DNA of 64,000 nt, taken from a virus. The translations under genes and the position numbers were made by a program. Positions 48,490 through 57,350 of this stretch are shown one piece after another. Each line of letters opens with the position of its first letter. Within the stretch, counting starts at the first letter, position 1. The notes beneath the pieces are model-generated. The model ran no database searches. It was given only the letters and a program-made list of their open reading frames with translations, and was not told the DNA's origin. The stretch spans positions 32,001-96,000 of the IMG/VR virus record IMGVR_UViG_3300008111_000019; one strand, written 5' to 3'.

Positions 48490-49581
48490 TTATTTTAACA
48501 TCTCTAGTAAATTATCGCAACTAAAGAAATCTAATTTTAAAATATCTACCTGTTTATTTAGGTTTATGAAATGTCTTTCGTAGTTTTCCATGTAATTGAC
48601 AATTTGGTCAATAATCAATGGTCTATGTGCTTTGTATGCATCGAATGATTCTGTCCATACTGACGGATACTTAAAACAATCTAAAGCCATTTCTCTGTAA
48701 CTGAGTCGGTCAGGTACCATAGGAATAGCATCTACTAATGCACCTTCGTACCAACTGATGCCTAGTGTTTCTTGTAGATTGGCACTGAATACCAATTTTG
48801 CTTCACCTAACAAGTTATGATACTCATTCTTTGATAATTGCTGATCCTGGCACACAACAAACTCGTACTGTGGCAATTGTTCTTTTAGATCTCTAAAAAT
48901 TTCAACTTGTTTCTCAGGAGCAATACGATGCGGAAAAAGAATTAAATCTCTCTTAGGCATATTTTTATACATCAGCAGAGTATCTGCCATATACTCCATT
49001 GGCCAACCTGTCCGAACAATTTTTTTAGAATCTAACAAATGTTTTTTGTCTTCATTATAATAGCCAAGCCCATCATTTAATTCTAATAGATTGTTTAAGA
49101 ACATTTCAATATGAAAGTCTGTGGCAAAATAGTTGTAGTTGATAGCATGAAAGAAAGACTTTTCAGCGTGTCTAACCCAGGGAGCATCTCCAATAAGCCT
49201 TCCTAAAAAGTCTTGCGGATCATAACTGCCAGCATGCCATAAAGCGTGTATCTTGACAGGTATGCCAAGAAGTTCACTCATGTACTTTAAGTTTATGATA
49301 CCGGGATGCCAAGCATCAGTAAAGATGAACTGATCATTAGGCTTAACTGATCCGGAGCAAAATAACCTACTAATCTGTTCAACTTGACTAGACTTATAGA
49401 TATTAGTGCCGCCGAAATTAAGAAAGGCGCCAGGAGTAGTGGCACGAGGAATATCCTCAGGGCCACTGATAACTTGAACATCATGTCCGTGTCTCCGCAA
49501 AAGATCGGGTAGGTGGGTTTTCCACTGACCCGTGTATCTTGTTTCTACTGATTCGAGATCAACGAGAAAAACGTTGCTCAT
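48490..49581 (-). CDS. GT-B (GT4-like) glycosyltransferase inside the 7-deazaguanine cluster
   Basis: 'FPHRIAPEKQVE' and ExxGxxxxE 'QETLGISWYEG'; N-domain 'HALWHAGSYD'. Confidence 0.75.
   Translation of the reverse strand: MSNVFLVDLESVETRYTGQWKTHLPDLLRRHGHDVQVISGPEDIPRATTPGAFLNFGGTNIYKSSQVEQISRLFCSGSVKPNDQFIFTDAWHPGIINLKYMSELLGIPVKIHALWHAGSYDPQDFLGRLIGDAPWVRHAEKSFFHAINYNYFATDFHIEMFLNNLLELNDGLGYYNEDKKHLLDSKKIVRTGWPMEYMADTLLMYKNMPKRDLILFPHRIAPEKQVEIFRDLKEQLPQYEFVVCQDQQLSKNEYHNLLGEAKLVFSANLQETLGISWYEGALVDAIPMVPDRLSYREMALDCFKYPSVWTESFDAYKAHRPLIIDQIVNYMENYERHFINLNKQVDILKLDFFSCDNLLEMLK
48492..48520 (-). promoter_or_regulatory. Putative sigma70 promoter TTGCGA-17-TAAAAT (TGn extended -10) upstream of folE
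   Basis: Located in the 3' end of the GT gene, about 40 nt upstream of the folE TTG start with a GGAG SD. Confidence 0.45.
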
Positions 49582-49810
49582 TGCGTCTTCCGTTATTGTC
49601 CCAACGTGGGTTCTTACCTTGGTAAGGTCTACGTGGACGCTTACTTGCTAGATAAGCAGAGTAATTTGCAGAATCTTTGCGGTAAAGATCAGCAGGGTTA
49701 AAATCGCAGAGTTCAAATCTGCACCAATCGTGGTAGGCCTCAAGGTCATCCCACACTCTTACAACATCAGGACGATTTTCAAAGTACCTGTAGTCCTTGT
49801 AGTTTTTCAT
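49559..49810 (-). CDS. Hypothetical protein
   Basis: 'VWDDLEAYHDWCRF...FNPADLY'; basic C-terminus. Confidence 0.6.
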   Translation of the reverse strand: MKNYKDYRYFENRPDVVRVWDDLEAYHDWCRFELCDFNPADLYRKDSANYSAYLASKRPRRPYQGKNPRWDNNGRRNEQRFSR

Positions 49811-49821
49811 CTGTATTCCTT

Positions 49822-50211
49822 TTAGTATTTGATGAATGAACCATTTTCTCCGTCTTCGGAGACCTCAATCCAAACCTCTCGGCCTGGATACTTTTGTGAA
49901 ATCATGTCATATAAATCATCTGACATCATTTCGCAACTCTTAAAGTCTAAACTGATTGTAGCATCTTTATAAAGATTTAGCAACCATCGTTTGAACTGAA
50001 TAAACTCAATATCGCGATCGTTATGCGTTACGCCAATCCAAACTTTAAAATGGAATATATGGCGATGCGGATAACCTAGAAAACTTACATCGTATTCGTC
50101 ACCTGTGGCAAGTGCTGGATCTGTAAGTGCGGCTGGATATTTGTGCATACCTTCTTTCTGAAAGGTAACCCAAATCATTTTGTTAGGTCGTTGGTCTTGT
50201 CTAATAATCAT
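49822..50211 (-). CDS. dpdL: QueD-like T-fold protein with LxxxHRHxF motif (DpdL-like)
   Basis: 'FLGYPHRHIFHFKV...DRDIEF...SCEM...VSEDGENG'; LxxxHRHxF replaces the QueD CxxxHGH; lies between folE and dpdA. Symbol assigned from my recollection of the DpdL motif. Confidence 0.55.
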   Translation of the reverse strand: MIIRQDQRPNKMIWVTFQKEGMHKYPAALTDPALATGDEYDVSFLGYPHRHIFHFKVWIGVTHNDRDIEFIQFKRWLLNLYKDATISLDFKSCEMMSDDLYDMISQKYPGREVWIEVSEDGENGSFIKY

Positions 50212-50549
50212 CGCTTCAATGCCTCTATCATAACAATTTTACCTAGTGCATCACCGAGATCTTGATCTTCAGTGATAACGTGCATACTATTAAGATTACG
50301 ATCTTTGTGACTATCGTAACTACGAGTTTCTACAACATAGCCACCACTGGCTCTGTAGATCTGCAGACGCAACCCCTCACTAGAAAGTCTGTCTGATTCT
50401 ATGATCTGGGGAATATCTTCTCCATATTCATCATTCATTAGCCAATTCTTGATACGTTGTCTTAGTGTTAGTTTCACTTTTTTTGCTTTCCTGATTTTAC
50501 GAGACGATTGACTGGCTGTAACAGCCTGTCCATAACCTATTCTACTCAT
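50208..50549 (-). CDS. Hypothetical protein
   Basis: 'IYRASGGYVVETRSYD...LG.ALGKIV'; ATGA coupled on both sides. Confidence 0.6.
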   Translation of the reverse strand: MSRIGYGQAVTASQSSRKIRKAKKVKLTLRQRIKNWLMNDEYGEDIPQIIESDRLSSEGLRLQIYRASGGYVVETRSYDSHKDRNLNSMHVITEDQDLGDALGKIVMIEALKR

Positions 50550-51103
50550 TGTAATATTTCATCCTTGCCATATTGATCCCAATCGGTAAACTTATCTCTT
50601 CCCAGAAGGTCCTGTAGGTTATGGCACCATACCCCAGGATTGGTTGCACTAAAATCTTTATCGTCTATCTTCAGCGTAGCATTATAGCCTAGTTGATTAA
50701 TATAAGGTAATTTTACACTAATTTGCGGAATAAATCTACGCTTTTCGGTAAGACCACTCTCTAGCAATCCTTCCGTTTCTTTAACATCAAAGTCCAGCGT
50801 ACACCAAAGATTATATTCACTGTCAAGGCAGACATAGATCATGTTTTCCCAAGGACGCCATGTTTCACTATCGTTAACACCGTTGGTCTTAAAACTTTGA
50901 TTAGCACCAAAGTAGATATGTGTGATATGTTTAGATTGATCGGTGTATGATCTAGATTCTTTTACAATATCTAAAATTGTGTAAGGATCATGCACTCCTA
51001 CTACAAACAGAGTTTTCATTCCGTATGCAGGAGTTTTTTCAATCTCTACGCCTGTGAAGAATGTAATATCTGAGGCAATACCGTCTTTGTAATCTCTTTT
51101 CAT
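50546..51103 (-). CDS. Hypothetical protein inside the deazaguanine cluster
   Basis: 'FFTGVEIEKTPAYGMKTLFVVG...HIYFGANQSF...KIDDKDF.ATNPGVWCH'. Confidence 0.65.
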   Translation of the reverse strand: MKRDYKDGIASDITFFTGVEIEKTPAYGMKTLFVVGVHDPYTILDIVKESRSYTDQSKHITHIYFGANQSFKTNGVNDSETWRPWENMIYVCLDSEYNLWCTLDFDVKETEGLLESGLTEKRRFIPQISVKLPYINQLGYNATLKIDDKDFSATNPGVWCHNLQDLLGRDKFTDWDQYGKDEILQ

Positions 51104-51121
51104 ACTGCTTTCTTTTTAAAG

Positions 51122-51331
51122 TTATCTGTCATCGTCAAAATCTATAGTTTCGTTATCATGTTCCCATTGCTTACGTTTAAGTTTAGCAATTTCGTCTCGA
51201 AGATGCAACCTTTGTTTCTTCAAATCGTGCATACTGGTATCTTCGTATTTGCCATCACGTATTAAAAGATCAATTTGTTTGTCCAAAACACGGTGCGCTT
51301 CTTCTAAATGTGCTATACGATTTTCGTACAT
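51122..51331 (-). CDS. DUF465/YdcH-like small coiled-coil protein
   Basis: 'HLEEAHRVLDKQI...LKKQRLHLRDEI'. Confidence 0.65.
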   Translation of the reverse strand: MYENRIAHLEEAHRVLDKQIDLLIRDGKYEDTSMHDLKKQRLHLRDEIAKLKRKQWEHDNETIDFDDDR

Positions 51332-51340
51332 AGTAACTCC

Positions 51341-52858
51341 TTAATCAACTTTTAGATTATCTAATGCCTCATCCTCTCTATCATCTTCCCAAGAAGTTTC
51401 GTCTTCTGACTCTTCATAAAAAAGTGTATGAGCAATATTTGTAACACCGCCACGTAATCTAGCACCTTCTAAATTCTGCAAGAATCCTAAACGTTCTGCT
51501 TCTGCTATCATTTCAAAACATTCTTCTTTAGATTTAAGATTGAATAACTCTTCAACGAATCGGTTGAAGTACAATACATTTCTTGGAACCCACTCTGACA
51601 TCTCATCTGATTTGTCAGCATCCTTGACTTTCCTCCAACGTCTCCAGTCTGGTTTGTGTTTAGTAAGTTCGATGTCCATTAGATTATTAGCACGTTGAAC
51701 AGCACGGATGTGACATTCTACGTTATGACCCATCATTAGGGCATAAGCAAAACTATCCCACGAAGTTTTACCTTCCTTGCCAATTTTGTTTAGCATTCCT
51801 GGTGCATAGTGGCATATATCTGCGATCGTAAGTCTTCGACCAAAATTGCTTTCGAAAGGAAAAGGTATATCGTGCCGTCCGGCAAGACTCTTATCATCCG
51901 GGGCTTTATCCATGATAACACTGAATCGTTTAGAGGTATGCTGGGCGTTAGTATATACCAATCCGTGTGCTGTTGCAATGAATGGCGATGCGCAATCGAA
52001 AGAGATAGTGAATTCTTCATTTACGTGTTTCCTAATTTGACGCTGAATAGCGGTTAAGTAACATGCCCAATCTAATTGAGCGGTACCCAAGAAGTGCATC
52101 CAATTTTTACCTTCTAGCATACCATCAAAGCGCATAGTAATAAGACGTTTGAGTGTAATAGGCATCTTGCACATATTAGCACCACCCATAGCCCAACCCT
52201 CAGCAGCCCTGTCTCCATATTTGCTAGTATCGGAATATTCTTTAACACCTTGATACCATGCTTCTGCGTTCTCCCAATTAGAGCCTTGAAGAACATTTAA
52301 CAGTTTAGTTCCGCCTTCTTTAGAACCTATAAACTTTGTCTTGTCTAAACAATCATCAAATGTTTTTAATCCAGTCTTTGGACTATGAATGTGATCGCAG
52401 GCCCAGGTAGGAACGTCTAACATCATTGACCAGTCAGCAGTAACGTCTAGCCAAGTTAAGATCTTTTTTCTAACTTTATTGGCTTCCTCACCTTCAAAAT
52501 TCTGCCAATCGAATTTGATAACACCTTTACCAATCTGATATCCGCCTGAGTCACCTAAGATCATTGTCTTTGAACGATCGCGATCTTGAATCATTAATTC
52601 TTGTTTAAGACTTTTTTCAATATCCAACTGTGCATGACCTGCTGAATACAACGCATTTTTGTAATAAAAATATCCTTGTTCTGGATTTAAGAAGTTCATT
52701 CCTTCGATACCGCGATCAAATCCTGATGGAATACGATTCTTAGGAATAAATTCTTCTTTACGTTGTTTATCTACATATGTACTGTAAAAAGAACTGATAG
52801 CGGGTAGATATACTGCATAGTCTTTTTGTAATGGTGTTAGGTCAATTGGTTGTTTCAT
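51341..52858 (-). CDS. dpdA: TGT-fold base-exchange transglycosylase, probably DNA 7-deazaguanine-inserting (DpdA-like)
   Basis: 'LGDSGGYQ', 'MLDVP', 'NVLQG', 'GWAMGG', 'HFLG', 'SFDCASP', C-terminal 'HN'; no Cys zinc motif of tRNA TGT seen; clusters with folE/queE. Confidence 0.75.
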   Translation of the reverse strand: MKQPIDLTPLQKDYAVYLPAISSFYSTYVDKQRKEEFIPKNRIPSGFDRGIEGMNFLNPEQGYFYYKNALYSAGHAQLDIEKSLKQELMIQDRDRSKTMILGDSGGYQIGKGVIKFDWQNFEGEEANKVRKKILTWLDVTADWSMMLDVPTWACDHIHSPKTGLKTFDDCLDKTKFIGSKEGGTKLLNVLQGSNWENAEAWYQGVKEYSDTSKYGDRAAEGWAMGGANMCKMPITLKRLITMRFDGMLEGKNWMHFLGTAQLDWACYLTAIQRQIRKHVNEEFTISFDCASPFIATAHGLVYTNAQHTSKRFSVIMDKAPDDKSLAGRHDIPFPFESNFGRRLTIADICHYAPGMLNKIGKEGKTSWDSFAYALMMGHNVECHIRAVQRANNLMDIELTKHKPDWRRWRKVKDADKSDEMSEWVPRNVLYFNRFVEELFNLKSKEECFEMIAEAERLGFLQNLEGARLRGGVTNIAHTLFYEESEDETSWEDDREDEALDNLKVD

Positions 52859-53213
52859 ATTCTCTCGATAAAATTGCTGTAAGTTCTAATCTTGTTTTTG
52901 CCTGTTCTAACTGTTCTAATGCTATACGAACCGCTTCATTGGATGATGCAAGAGCATACCATTTTGATTCTTCATCACGCTTTTTACGTGCCCAGTCAAG
53001 CAATGATTCTGCTTCACTGTTTAGGCCTACACTGGCGTAGTCCATATTAAGCATTATCCACGAATTGCCATCAAACACTTCCATGTTTTGAGTGGAAGTG
53101 TTAAATCGCATATTTCCAACACCTTGTGCCCCGGAATAACCGTTGACATAGGTGCTAGAATTACCGCCTGAAACCGTAATGTATCGTCCGATTGGCGTGA
53201 TGTTCTTAATCAT
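52842..53213 (-). CDS. Hypothetical protein
   Basis: 'GNMRFNTSTQNMEVFDGNSW' plus coiled coil. Confidence 0.6.
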   Translation of the reverse strand: MIKNITPIGRYITVSGGNSSTYVNGYSGAQGVGNMRFNTSTQNMEVFDGNSWIMLNMDYASVGLNSEAESLLDWARKKRDEESKWYALASSNEAVRIALEQLEQAKTRLELTAILSREYETTN

Positions 53214-53215
53214 AT

Positions 53216-53953
53216 TTAGGCTGCTTGTGCAGGAATAATATATTTGTAAGTTGCTAATCCGCTATCTAGAGTGATTTGAATAGCACCTTCATTCGACAGC
53301 GACATCTTCGTGTTGTTGACATCGGCAATCTTAAGAATGCTCAAGATTGGAAGCACTGGCCAAGTCCAACCGCGATCCAGTTTACCTGCAACGTTCTGTG
53401 CAAAAATAAACTCACCGCCGTGTGTCGAAGCGTCGCCAAAGATAAATTTCAAGTTGCTACTGTCTGTCTTTGCTAGGAACGTTGGGTGTTCATTGTTGGC
53501 ACCTGCTTGAAAGTTGAAACGTTGAACAGCGGCTACGCTAGGTTCTACTTCTACGTCCCACTTAACACCGCGGAACTTAACTGTTTTCATCTTTTCGTTA
53601 ATGATTTCTTGATTCATAAAACGATAATCATTCTTGAAGTCTCCGTCTTTGTTTTCAAAGTGGATACCGACAGGAATAGTTTCTCCGTTACGTTCGGCTG
53701 TAGTAATACTAATCTTAGCATCTTCTTTGTATTCAGCACCGTCTAACAAATACTTGAGTTTTTGTAGTTGCGGCATACCAAATACACCAATCATATCTGG
53801 ATATGGATTGTGCGTAGTGGCTTCCATAATAACTGATCGGTCATCAGCCATTGAAAAAATATTTGTGCCATCTCCGGCTCCTGTAACTTTAACAGTTGTT
53901 AGGAAGCCTAGATTTTGTGTATGAGACACGATGTCTTGTAAAATGTCCTTCAT
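53216..53953 (-). CDS. Probable DNA polymerase sliding clamp (gp45-like)
   Basis: 245 aa, alpha/beta two-domain pattern, directly downstream of the polymerase, C-terminal 'YKYIIPA'; no diagnostic motif. Confidence 0.5.
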   Translation of the reverse strand: MKDILQDIVSHTQNLGFLTTVKVTGAGDGTNIFSMADDRSVIMEATTHNPYPDMIGVFGMPQLQKLKYLLDGAEYKEDAKISITTAERNGETIPVGIHFENKDGDFKNDYRFMNQEIINEKMKTVKFRGVKWDVEVEPSVAAVQRFNFQAGANNEHPTFLAKTDSSNLKFIFGDASTHGGEFIFAQNVAGKLDRGWTWPVLPILSILKIADVNNTKMSLSNEGAIQITLDSGLATYKYIIPAQAA

Positions 53954-53976
53954 TGAGAATTCTCCTTAATAATAAG

Positions 53977-54005
53977 ATTATATTTAGATCGTAAGTAAAA
54001 AGCAA
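53977..54005 (-). promoter_or_regulatory. Sigma70-like promoter TTGCTT-17-TATAAT with an embedded CTAAATA
   Basis: Intergenic between the polymerase stop and the AGGAG SD of 53953. Confidence 0.6.
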
Positions 54006-54013
54006 CCGCTAAA

Positions 54014-56683
54014 TCACTCAAAATCGAATAGTTTACTGAATGTGTTATCTGACCTTGTGCTACTGATGTCCCATTCCAAAACACCAATAAGGTTTTCAAG
54101 TTTTTCATCGATGACTGTAGTTTCCATTTCACCGTCATCAAATGGAAGATCTTTGAACCATTGAGGAAGTCTAAGTTCGTCAACAGGATACGCTACGGAT
54201 GTATATGCCATAGGGTTGTCTTTGAGTTTACAGACAATAACTTTGGCCCCGTCAACAATACTCATTGAGTATTTGTCATCCATCATACGCTTCAAAGTGT
54301 TCCAGTTTAAACTAGCACGAACGTGTCCGGGCATGTTAGTCTTACCTGCTTTCTTTTCTTTGTCGCGATACTCTGAAATCTTGTTAGCACGTTTAGGGCT
54401 ACCTTTCTCCCAACCGGGTCTAGTTTTAAACTCAGTACGGAACCCAGTGATATACTCTAGTACATCTTCTTTTTGCGAACCTTTCAACACCATTTCAAGA
54501 ACTTCACTTAAAAAGTCTTGAATGGCTACCGGAGTATCAGATCTCTTGAGATCCAATCCCATGGCTTTTATCTTTCCCGCTTTACCATCAATATCGGTAC
54601 GTTTTCCTTCTTTGTCGTAATAGAGGACTGCATATCGCTTTTTGGTGATGAATAGTCCTTTGCTTGCAACAATCTCGCGACCTGCCTTGATGACCTCTCC
54701 TCGAGTTTTGGGTGTATGGAAGGCGTCCTGCATGAACTTAACAAACGTGCCATTTACTTCTTCTCCTATAGTATCATAAAGTTCGATTACTGATTCTTTA
54801 GTCCAAGGTAAAGAACCTTTTTCAATTTCTTTCTTTAGAGTAGTGTATGCTGAAAAATAGCAAGAATCTGTATCACCATATATAATGGATTTACCTATAT
54901 GATCGTATTCCCCAGTAACAATCTCATTCACTTTACTTGCCATGTGACGAGCAATGGCTCTACCAGTAAGAGTTGTGGATTGACCAATTCTGTTATCAAA
55001 GAATCTACAGCCTGGATTAAGAATAGCGCCATACAAACTGTTAAGGTTAATCTTCTTGACCAACTGACGCTTGTCCCAGTATTCTTCTTCAATCTTATTT
55101 CCAGCAGTAATACATTCTTTAAGTTTGGCCTGCATCTCTTTACGTTCTTTATACCAACGTGCTAAGAGTCCAGGAATGATACCTTCTTTGTCATAGGTAA
55201 AGATAGTGCCGTTGGCCGATAGCATCCACGGCTGGTTAGAATCAAAGATTAGATCATATATCTGTGCGGCACTGAGTGTATCACTGCCACCATCTTCCCA
55301 GTCTATGGTAATTTCTCTACCCACTTCTTTATTCATCACAGCAGTATATTCTAATGAACCAAATACACCTTCCCATGCGCTGGCAAAAGATTTGCCTTTG
55401 GCCATTTCTGCTGCGATATAATCTTTCGTTCCATCTTGGCGTAACTGCCCAACGATAGTTTCTGGACCCATGTTTAACGCACGAATCGCAGAAGGATACA
55501 GTGAGTTAATATCTAGTGAACCGATCCACTCATGAATACCTTTCTTAGGATAGGCAACATAAGCACCAGCAGCCTGTGTATCGCCATGCTCTTCCATCTT
55601 TTTACGATTAGGAACGATCATTCCTCTTCGATGTGCTTCATTGATAATGGCCTGCTCTGTAACTGCCACAGCACCCATGGTAGTCTGTAACAATACAGTA
55701 CAGTCGTGTGCTAGTTTATTAGCAAGGTCTAGAAATTTTAATTTTTGATCTAACTTGTTTAATAGCGCACAATCTTGTCTATTATATTCGATGAATTTAC
55801 GGAAGTCATTGTTGTACAACTGATCTAATGTACCTTCATAGACTGTTTTGTTCTCACCTATCTCCATTTCTCCGATAGCATCTAGTCGATATGTATGTCG
55901 TTCTTCATAGGTATACTTTCTATACATTTCGAGACTATCTAAGTGAACTCTGCCGACAAGATCGTAAGTAACGGCAGTCTTTCCAAACTTTTCATATTCT
56001 CTTTTCTTAGGATAGCAGTTCCACAAACAGAAACGTCTTGTATCTTCTTTGCCTAATACTTTGATTACACGATTAACAGTGTAAGGAATATCAAAGCCTT
56101 CCGAGTTCCAACCACTTAATACGTCTGCATCTTCGATGAGATCTAAGAAGTTATCTAACATATCTGCTTCATTATCGAATAACATAGTATTAGGAAATTC
56201 TTCTACAGCCTTTTTAGCCTCTTCCATGCTCATAGTTTTTGGCGGAATAGCAAGACAGACTAGAGTGTCCATCCACTGCAAATGAACAGCAATAGCAGTG
56301 ATAGGCATAAATGCATCGTCGGGAGAGGCGTAACCTCTTTCTGGATCAAAGTCTACTTCAATATCGAAAAATGCTACATTTAGTTTTGGAGCATCAACAT
56401 TTAGATAATGATCTTCTAAACACCGATAGATAGGATTGATATCAGATTCGTAAAGTTTTTTGTTGGAATGGATTGCTAATTCTTTACGGAGTTCTTTGAT
56501 ATTTTTACATAGAACTCGACTTAGAGGTTCGCCTTTGATAGACTGATACTTTCCTCTAGGGTCGTAATAGTAGAATAAGTGTTTGGCAGGATAGTCTTTA
56601 AAATTCCTATTGCCTTTGTCATCACGCTCAACGACACGAATCATGTCATCGTCGCGATCATAGAATGCGTCAACGTAACTCAA
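54014..56683 (-). CDS. Family B DNA polymerase (T4 gp43-like)
   Basis: ExoI 'FDIEV', ExoII 'GWNSEGFDIPY', motif A 'DINSLYPS', motif B 'KKINLNSLYG', motif C 'YGDTDS', 'KKRY'; TTG start with AGGAG SD. Confidence 0.97.
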   Translation of the reverse strand: MSYVDAFYDRDDDMIRVVERDDKGNRNFKDYPAKHLFYYYDPRGKYQSIKGEPLSRVLCKNIKELRKELAIHSNKKLYESDINPIYRCLEDHYLNVDAPKLNVAFFDIEVDFDPERGYASPDDAFMPITAIAVHLQWMDTLVCLAIPPKTMSMEEAKKAVEEFPNTMLFDNEADMLDNFLDLIEDADVLSGWNSEGFDIPYTVNRVIKVLGKEDTRRFCLWNCYPKKREYEKFGKTAVTYDLVGRVHLDSLEMYRKYTYEERHTYRLDAIGEMEIGENKTVYEGTLDQLYNNDFRKFIEYNRQDCALLNKLDQKLKFLDLANKLAHDCTVLLQTTMGAVAVTEQAIINEAHRRGMIVPNRKKMEEHGDTQAAGAYVAYPKKGIHEWIGSLDINSLYPSAIRALNMGPETIVGQLRQDGTKDYIAAEMAKGKSFASAWEGVFGSLEYTAVMNKEVGREITIDWEDGGSDTLSAAQIYDLIFDSNQPWMLSANGTIFTYDKEGIIPGLLARWYKERKEMQAKLKECITAGNKIEEEYWDKRQLVKKINLNSLYGAILNPGCRFFDNRIGQSTTLTGRAIARHMASKVNEIVTGEYDHIGKSIIYGDTDSCYFSAYTTLKKEIEKGSLPWTKESVIELYDTIGEEVNGTFVKFMQDAFHTPKTRGEVIKAGREIVASKGLFITKKRYAVLYYDKEGKRTDIDGKAGKIKAMGLDLKRSDTPVAIQDFLSEVLEMVLKGSQKEDVLEYITGFRTEFKTRPGWEKGSPKRANKISEYRDKEKKAGKTNMPGHVRASLNWNTLKRMMDDKYSMSIVDGAKVIVCKLKDNPMAYTSVAYPVDELRLPQWFKDLPFDDGEMETTVIDEKLENLIGVLEWDISSTRSDNTFSKLFDFE

Positions 56684-56695
56684 ATTTTTCTCCTA

Positions 56696-56713
56696 TGCAA
56701 TTTTTGGCTTGCA
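56696..56713 (-). promoter_or_regulatory. Hairpin (5-bp stem, 8-nt loop) abutting the polymerase SD; candidate autogenous translational operator
   Basis: mRNA UGCAA-GCCAAAAA-UUGCA-U-AGGAG-AAAAAU-UUG. Confidence 0.45.
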
Positions 56714-56757
56714 AATACCTACTGTGCGGTTTATGGCCCGGCCTACCATCTTCTTTC

Positions 56758-56765
56758 TATTTATA
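56758..56765 (-). promoter_or_regulatory. TATAAATA late-type promoter upstream of the DNA polymerase
   Basis: TATTTATA on the + strand, overlapping the stop of 56761..57045. Confidence 0.45.
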
Positions 56766-57045
56766 GCATTCTAATAAGACCAATGGTATCTATGGTTGTA
56801 AGAAGTATATAATTAGCCAACATACCAAAGGAACCACGACTATAAGAGCACCAAGCATATATAGCACAACCAATAATCCAAATTGGGTAAAGAACAAGGA
56901 GAGGTGGATTTGGAACGGTGAGTGCCATAACGACAGAACAGCCAATAGAAATAGCCCAAGCAACGACCTCAAGACAAAAACGTACTCTACCGCTTTTCCA
57001 ATCTTCTTTGATCCAATCAGTGATTCCATATAATATGTTTATCAT
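56761..57045 (-). CDS. Small integral membrane protein (about 3 TM helices)
   Basis: Three hydrophobic stretches. Confidence 0.65.
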   Translation of the reverse strand: MINILYGITDWIKEDWKSGRVRFCLEVVAWAISIGCSVVMALTVPNPPLLVLYPIWIIGCAIYAWCSYSRGSFGMLANYILLTTIDTIGLIRML

Positions 57046-57302
57046 TCTGGCAATCGCTTAGTTACACCTAGGATCATTTCAATCTCATCCCACTCTTGTT
57101 CGTGCTCTTTCCAGTTATCTTTATGTGCAATCTTAATTGCCTTATTGATCCAACTAGGCTTGATTTGAAGTTCTTCTGCTACTGCTTTAACAGTTTCTTT
57201 AAGACCTTCTTGCAGATCTTCCACTTCACGCAGTACATTGGAGCCTTCGTTGATTAGTCTTTCTAATTTTGCTTTTTCTTCAGGGCCGTAAATTTTTGAC
57301 AT
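57042..57302 (-). CDS. T4 DsbA/GapR-like dsDNA-binding protein
   Basis: True start ATG 57302 (AGGAG SD); 'KLERLINEG...EVEDLQEGLKETVKAVAEELQIKPSWINKAIKIAHK'. Confidence 0.6.
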   Translation of the reverse strand: MSKIYGPEEKAKLERLINEGSNVLREVEDLQEGLKETVKAVAEELQIKPSWINKAIKIAHKDNWKEHEQEWDEIEMILGVTKRLPE

Positions 57303-57321
57303 GTGTAATCTCCTAATCTGT

Positions 57322-57350
57322 ATTATATAGCCGTAAAAAAAGCCGGTCAA
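57322..57350 (-). promoter_or_regulatory. Sigma70 promoter TTGACC-17-TATAAT heading the replication/modification block
   Basis: - strand TTGACC, 17-nt spacer, TATAAT acagatt AGGAG. Confidence 0.75.

Noticed and set aside
52300..52350. Possible short in-frame deletion in the DpdA-like protein at 'DKTKF/IGSKEGG'
   Set aside because: The segment between LDVP and NVLQG looks short, but this cannot be supported without an alignment or reads.
51341..52858. Calling this gene a tRNA-guanine transglycosylase (tgt)
   Set aside because: The C-terminal CxCxxC zinc motif of tRNA TGTs is not seen, and the context (polymerase, folE, queE) favours a DNA-acting DpdA-type enzyme. A tRNA target is not formally excluded.
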